The translations under genes were made by a program, and so were the position numbers. This document shows positions 59,620 through 64,000 of a stretch of DNA of 64,000 nt, in pieces. This DNA is from Anolis carolinensis (Eukaryota). Below the pieces are notes generated by a model. That model searched no databases. It saw only the letters and a list, made by a program, of their open reading frames with translations, and was not told where the DNA came from. The stretch covers positions 68,309,574 to 68,373,573 of the forward strand of contig NC_085841.1 in assembly GCF_035594765.1 (NCBI RefSeq), in the 5' to 3' direction. Numbering within the stretch: position 1 is the first letter of the stretch; every line of letters starts with the position of its first letter.

Positions 59620-60539
59620 TAGCAGAGCCCTTACTGTTACGGCCAGCCAAACAGGCCAATCAAACCAGATTGGCTGAAGGGAAACAACCAAACCGAATCC
59701 TTGCAGAAGCCTACTAGCTATCATCATTTGAAACTCTATATCCCACCCTTTCAAGTGGTAAGAGTTTAATTCATGGGTGGTTTATGGTTTCAGAGATGTA
59801 ACAATTTCCAATTGGGTCCATCTTTCTGACACACCCTGTAGATTTTACAAAGGATCTTTTAACAATTACAATAGGGGGCTATAATTTTGTGGCAGAACAT
59901 ATATCACTGCAATTTTAGTCTCCAGAATATTCAATTACGGTTCAAGCAGACTCTTGTCTAAAAAATCCAATGAAGATAAAGGTGCATTGCTGAATTTGTT
60001 CCAAAAATGGTTCGAAAGCACTACAGAAATGTCTAATAAGTTCTGCTTTGCTAGAAGAAACTCACTGAGGACATTAATCAATTGATTTGCTCGCCTAAGA
60101 AATCAAAAGTGCCTAAGGTTGCCATATAATAAAGTTTGAAACTGTGTAGACTCATAATGCAGTTCAGTGCAGTTAAACTGCATTAAATAGTAGTGTAGAT
60201 GGGGCTTCAGGTTTATGTTCTATTACTCTGTTTGCTATATAGCTCAAGGGACACTCGATTGGTGATAAAGTAGCCACGTGGCCTTTACTTGACAGGTATT
60301 GCCTTTTCATCTTGTAGCTATAAGATAACACACACAATTGACACCCAAACTGTAGAAAACACTGTTTAATTATGCAAAACATGAGATGTATCGTATTAGT
60401 TGTTTTGTGTACTACTCACATTTCTTGCAATATGGTCAAGTGCTGTACATGGCTCATCATCTTCTGGTTTTATTCTTACAAGGAACCTTCAAGGTAGGCC
60501 AGAGTGGGAGAAACTGACAAGTCCATAAACACACAATGA

Positions 60540-62119
60540 GGATGCATGTACATTGTAGAACTGTTGCAGTTTCACATCACTTTAACTGTCATAGTGCAAT
60601 GCTGTGGAATCATGGAAGCAGTAGTCTTATAATTTCTATAATAGTAATAATAATTTTATTTCTTACTCTTCTTTCTTTGTGGCTTGAGGCAGGTTACAAC
60701 ATCGTGAAAAACACATAATCTAAATAATTCTATAAAATACACATGTTAAACATATTTCTAAAAAATACATACTGAAATACTCAGAACAGAGACACATGGT
60801 GCAAGTTTAAAATTTGTGGTTAAACTGGCTGAGTAGACCTGCTGGAAGAGAAGGTCTTCAAATGTGTTTTAAATTGCAAAGGCTCATTTAGCTGTTGGAG
60901 CTCTTCCAGCAGATCATTCCACAGTCATGGGGTGGCTGATAAAAAGATCCTCTGGGTGATGGTCACCAGTTGAATTCTGGTGGGCTAGAGTAGCCACCCC
61001 TCAGAGGAACTAAGTGTTTGGGGTAGATAGTATGGGAGAAGGTGATCCTGAAGGTAACCTGGACCCCAAAAATGTAGGGCATTAATGGTCAAAACTAATA
61101 CTGTGCACTTTACCTGGAAACTGATTGGCAGCCATTGGAGTGACTTTAGTATGGGTGAATATGTTCACTCCTGGATGTTCCTGTAAGCAATCTGGTTGCC
61201 ATATATTGAACTAACAGGAGTTTCCAAACTTGATACAAAGGTGGCCCAATGTAAACTGCATTGTAGAAATCCAACCTTGAGGTTACCAGCACATGCACTA
61301 CTATCTTAAGGTCCTCCAAATCTAGAAAGGGGTGCAGCTGCCATATCAGCCGAAGCTGATAATAAGCACTTCTGATCATTGCATTTTCCTGGGCTAACAT
61401 TTGGAGAGATGGATTCAAGAGCACTCCCAAGCTACAAACACAGTATTTCAGGGGAATGTAACCCCATCCAGAACTGGTTGACACACCTCATCCCCAGATT
61501 AGGACCCTTGATGGCAAGCACCTCTGCTTTGTCTGGATTTAGTTTCAAATTGTTTTTCCTAATCCAGCCCATTACCTCTTTCAGGCATTCATTCAGAGGA
61601 GAAATATATCCTTAGCTGAGGCTGTTTTTGAAGTCTTGCAGAAATATATTTGGATGTCATCTGCATACTGATAACATCCCACCCCATGCCTATGGATGAT
61701 CTTTCCAACAGTTTTGTATAAATATTAAAAAGCATTGATGACAGAATGGCAACTTGTGGGCCATTTAACAGTTGCATTTTTTGAGAAGCAGGTATCCCCA
61801 AGCACCACCACCTGGAACCTGCCTGAGAGGTATGTCCAGAACCACCGCAACACAATGCCTCCAATTCCCAACCCCCTCAGGTATTCCAGAAAGATACCAT
61901 GGTCGATAGTATCGAAAGCCGCTGAGAGATCAAGAAGCACCAAGAGAAATATGCACCCATTGTCAGTACAAAAAGGGAGATAATTCACTAAGGTGACCAT
62001 AGCAATCTTAAGTTTCTTTGCCAAAAATGTGCCAAACTACAACACCTATAACACCATAGCATTAAGCCATGACAGTTAAAGTGGTGTCAAACTTCATTAA
62101 GTCTACAGTGCAGAGGCAT
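60540..62119. mobile_element. Harbinger-type MITE split in two by an L2 insertion
   Basis: Left arm 60540-60628 (tgcatgtacattgtaga...cactttaactgtcat) is the inverted repeat of right arm 62020-62119 (atgacagttaaagtg...tctacagtgcagaggca); TGA on both sides. Confidence 0.75.
60635..62015 (-). mobile_element. 5'-truncated L2 LINE (RT domain to 3' end)
   Basis: LVLLDLSAAFDTIDH, PQVAILSSMLFNIY, YQYADDIQIY, LNPDKAEVL, SLGVLL, LVTSRLDFYN. Confidence 0.95.
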
Positions 62120-63457
62120 TGAGAGGTTATGTTAGAGTCCTAATCTAACAGTCTACTATTACATCACACTGGCAACATCCATGAAGCAGAGGGATTTGAC
62201 ACAAGTCTGCCATCTATGGTGGCAAATCCATATTTCAAATACTGTGAAGTTCCACTATAAAATACCTTTTAACATAGGAAGACTTTCATTTAAGATTTTA
62301 CAAGAGTTTGTAACAGTGAGTCAAGAAATCCTCCCTCCCAAAGTATGATAAACATGTTGCCTTTTTCTTTTAAAGGCCTACAAATTAAATTTAAAAATAC
62401 TGTGTTTTTAAAGCATCTACAAGCATAATGAATTTAAATTACAGGAAACACAACTTGTGCACAGTGCCCACCCCAATGCTAAATGATTCACAGCTTCTGC
62501 CCTCTCTAGACAGCTTGTTTGATGAATGCAAGTTAAATTTTGTGCCTCTCCAGAGGAAGAAGGCAATTTCATTGCAGTTGGGTTGCTGGCAGATAGGGCC
62601 TGCTACAAAATCATCACTCATACCAGTCAGTTGCAGAAAGGCTAAGTATATTAGGAGAAGACTGAAAGAGACAGATTGCTGTTCTTTCTGGGTATGTTTT
62701 CTCTATTGTCCATATTTGTATAAAATATCAGGTTAAGTAACATCAACATCACCCAGAGATACAGCAATTGCACATAAGAAAGGATTGGTTTTCTGATAGA
62801 TCCCAGTTCAGATGGTTTGTACATCTCTCATTATATTACGCCCCCCCCCCCCCCCTACAAATTGCTCATGCAATCCTTATCAGCCAACCAACATTCCTTC
62901 ACCATCTTCTCTTCAGGTCAGAAGGAACTTTCATACAACAATATTCCTCTCTCTGTTCCTAAAAACTTATTGAAATAACAGGAAATCCAAGGGACATCTA
63001 ATCCATCTCCCTTCTGTCAAGCAGAAATGCAAGCTACAGTCCTATCATTCAGAACTATTTCTTTCACATTCTTTAAGTTGTTCCTCACAAAAGTCTCTCC
63101 TGCAATGACCAAAATAAGACTTACAGCTTTTCAGAGTTCGAAAATCTGAAATATTCACTTATTTATCTGCATGTTTACCTATTGGGTACAAAAATGGGGG
63201 TGCAAGACTTGGACTGTCTATAATAATCAAAATATGGAAATTATTTGAACTGGCTAATGTAGGAATGATCCAAAGGCACTTCCCCAATTTATCAACTACA
63301 TCTTCCAATTTCAAGAATTGAGCTATATAGATCCAGGTAACATTCAAAGATAAAACACTCATTTATAGCGCAGAGCTTCAGAGTCAGAGTCAGTAGCACA
63401 GTAAGAAACTCTCTCTCATTCTCTCCCTCCCTCCCTCCCTCCCTCACTCCCTCTCTC

Positions 63458-63540
63458 GCCCCTTCTAGACTGCCATATAATCTAGATTATCAAAGCAGAT
63501 AATCCACATTATCTGCTTTGAACTGGATTATATGAGGGCC
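63458..63540. mobile_element. internally deleted Harbinger-type MITE after a (CCCT)n tract
   Basis: gccccttctagactgccatataatctagattatcaaagcagataat...gggcc. Confidence 0.7.
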
Positions 63541-64000
63541 TTTAAACATGTGCAGAAAATATAGTAATTGGGATAAAAGGGTGTATGTGGCTAAACAACA
63601 TTAGGGGAAAGTGAGGGTGGAATAGAGTTGACAGCTGAAAAGCATGTGTTTTATAGGTGTGCTTAAAATCTGATTCTGCCCCAAAATGTGCATATTCACA
63701 TGATTCTATATCCCTGTGTGGAATGCTCTAGTGCACGTGTCTTAAAAGCCCAAAACAGCTGATCAGGCTATCAAAAAATGGAGCCACGGACACACAGGTG
63801 GCTAAAGGGAAGCACAATTGGAAAGCAATTAGAACTCTCTGCAACCATTCCTTTTTTTCTTATAATATTAAACAGAGCTTGAATTATTAACAGTTGGGTG
63901 AAGAGAGAGATGATAAATCTACTTGTTTGCACATTGGGATATCACCATTGTGTACATGTGAGGTCCAGTGCATCTCAGAGAGAATAAAAAAACTTCCGCC

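Larger units (their letters stand above)
57685..59713 (-). mobile_element. complete non-autonomous hAT element with nested SINE and MITE
   Basis: TIRs taggcttgtgca / tgcagaagccta (11/12); perfect 8-bp TSD ctagctat at 57677-57684 and 59714-59721; no transposase ORF. Confidence 0.92.

Noticed and set aside
4845-59713. Two repeat families both present in inverted orientation near the two ends of the window, suggesting a large inverted duplication
   Set aside because: The Tc2 MITE lies inside the hAT copy at 59 kb but inside CR1 at 7.7 kb, each with its own TSD; these are independent insertions

Overview
Vertebrate, AT-rich, repeat-dense genomic DNA, almost certainly from an anole lizard (Anolis). 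The evidence is the Sauria SINE, L2-tailed Anolis-type SINEs, squamate-type L1s, CR1, L2, RTE, Rex1, R4/Dong and hAT/Harbinger/Tc-mariner MITEs; the species cannot be decided from the sequence. I recognise no intact host protein-coding gene, RNA gene or CRISPR array, so the window looks intergenic or intronic. Roughly half of it is recognisable transposable-element debris, much of it nested with readable target-site duplications (TSDs). Highlights: (1) a full-length L1 (35296-45796, 16-bp TSD) hosting a second L1 with its own 14-bp TSD, a third antisense L1 3' end and an L2 3' end; (2) a 2-kb non-autonomous hAT element with TIRs and a perfect 8-bp TSD (57685-59713) plus related copies; (3) a Gypsy-type LTR fragment whose U3-like part is an uninterrupted 144-codon acidic ORF; (4) an isolated GC-rich fragment resembling the 5' end of mitochondrial TFB2M, followed in frame by a short tail and oligo-A; (5) an unclassified decayed acidic ORF with an in-frame repeat and a WEPG motif (33049-33716). 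Family names come from recalled motifs and consensus features, not database searches. Boundaries without a stated TSD or TIR are approximate.
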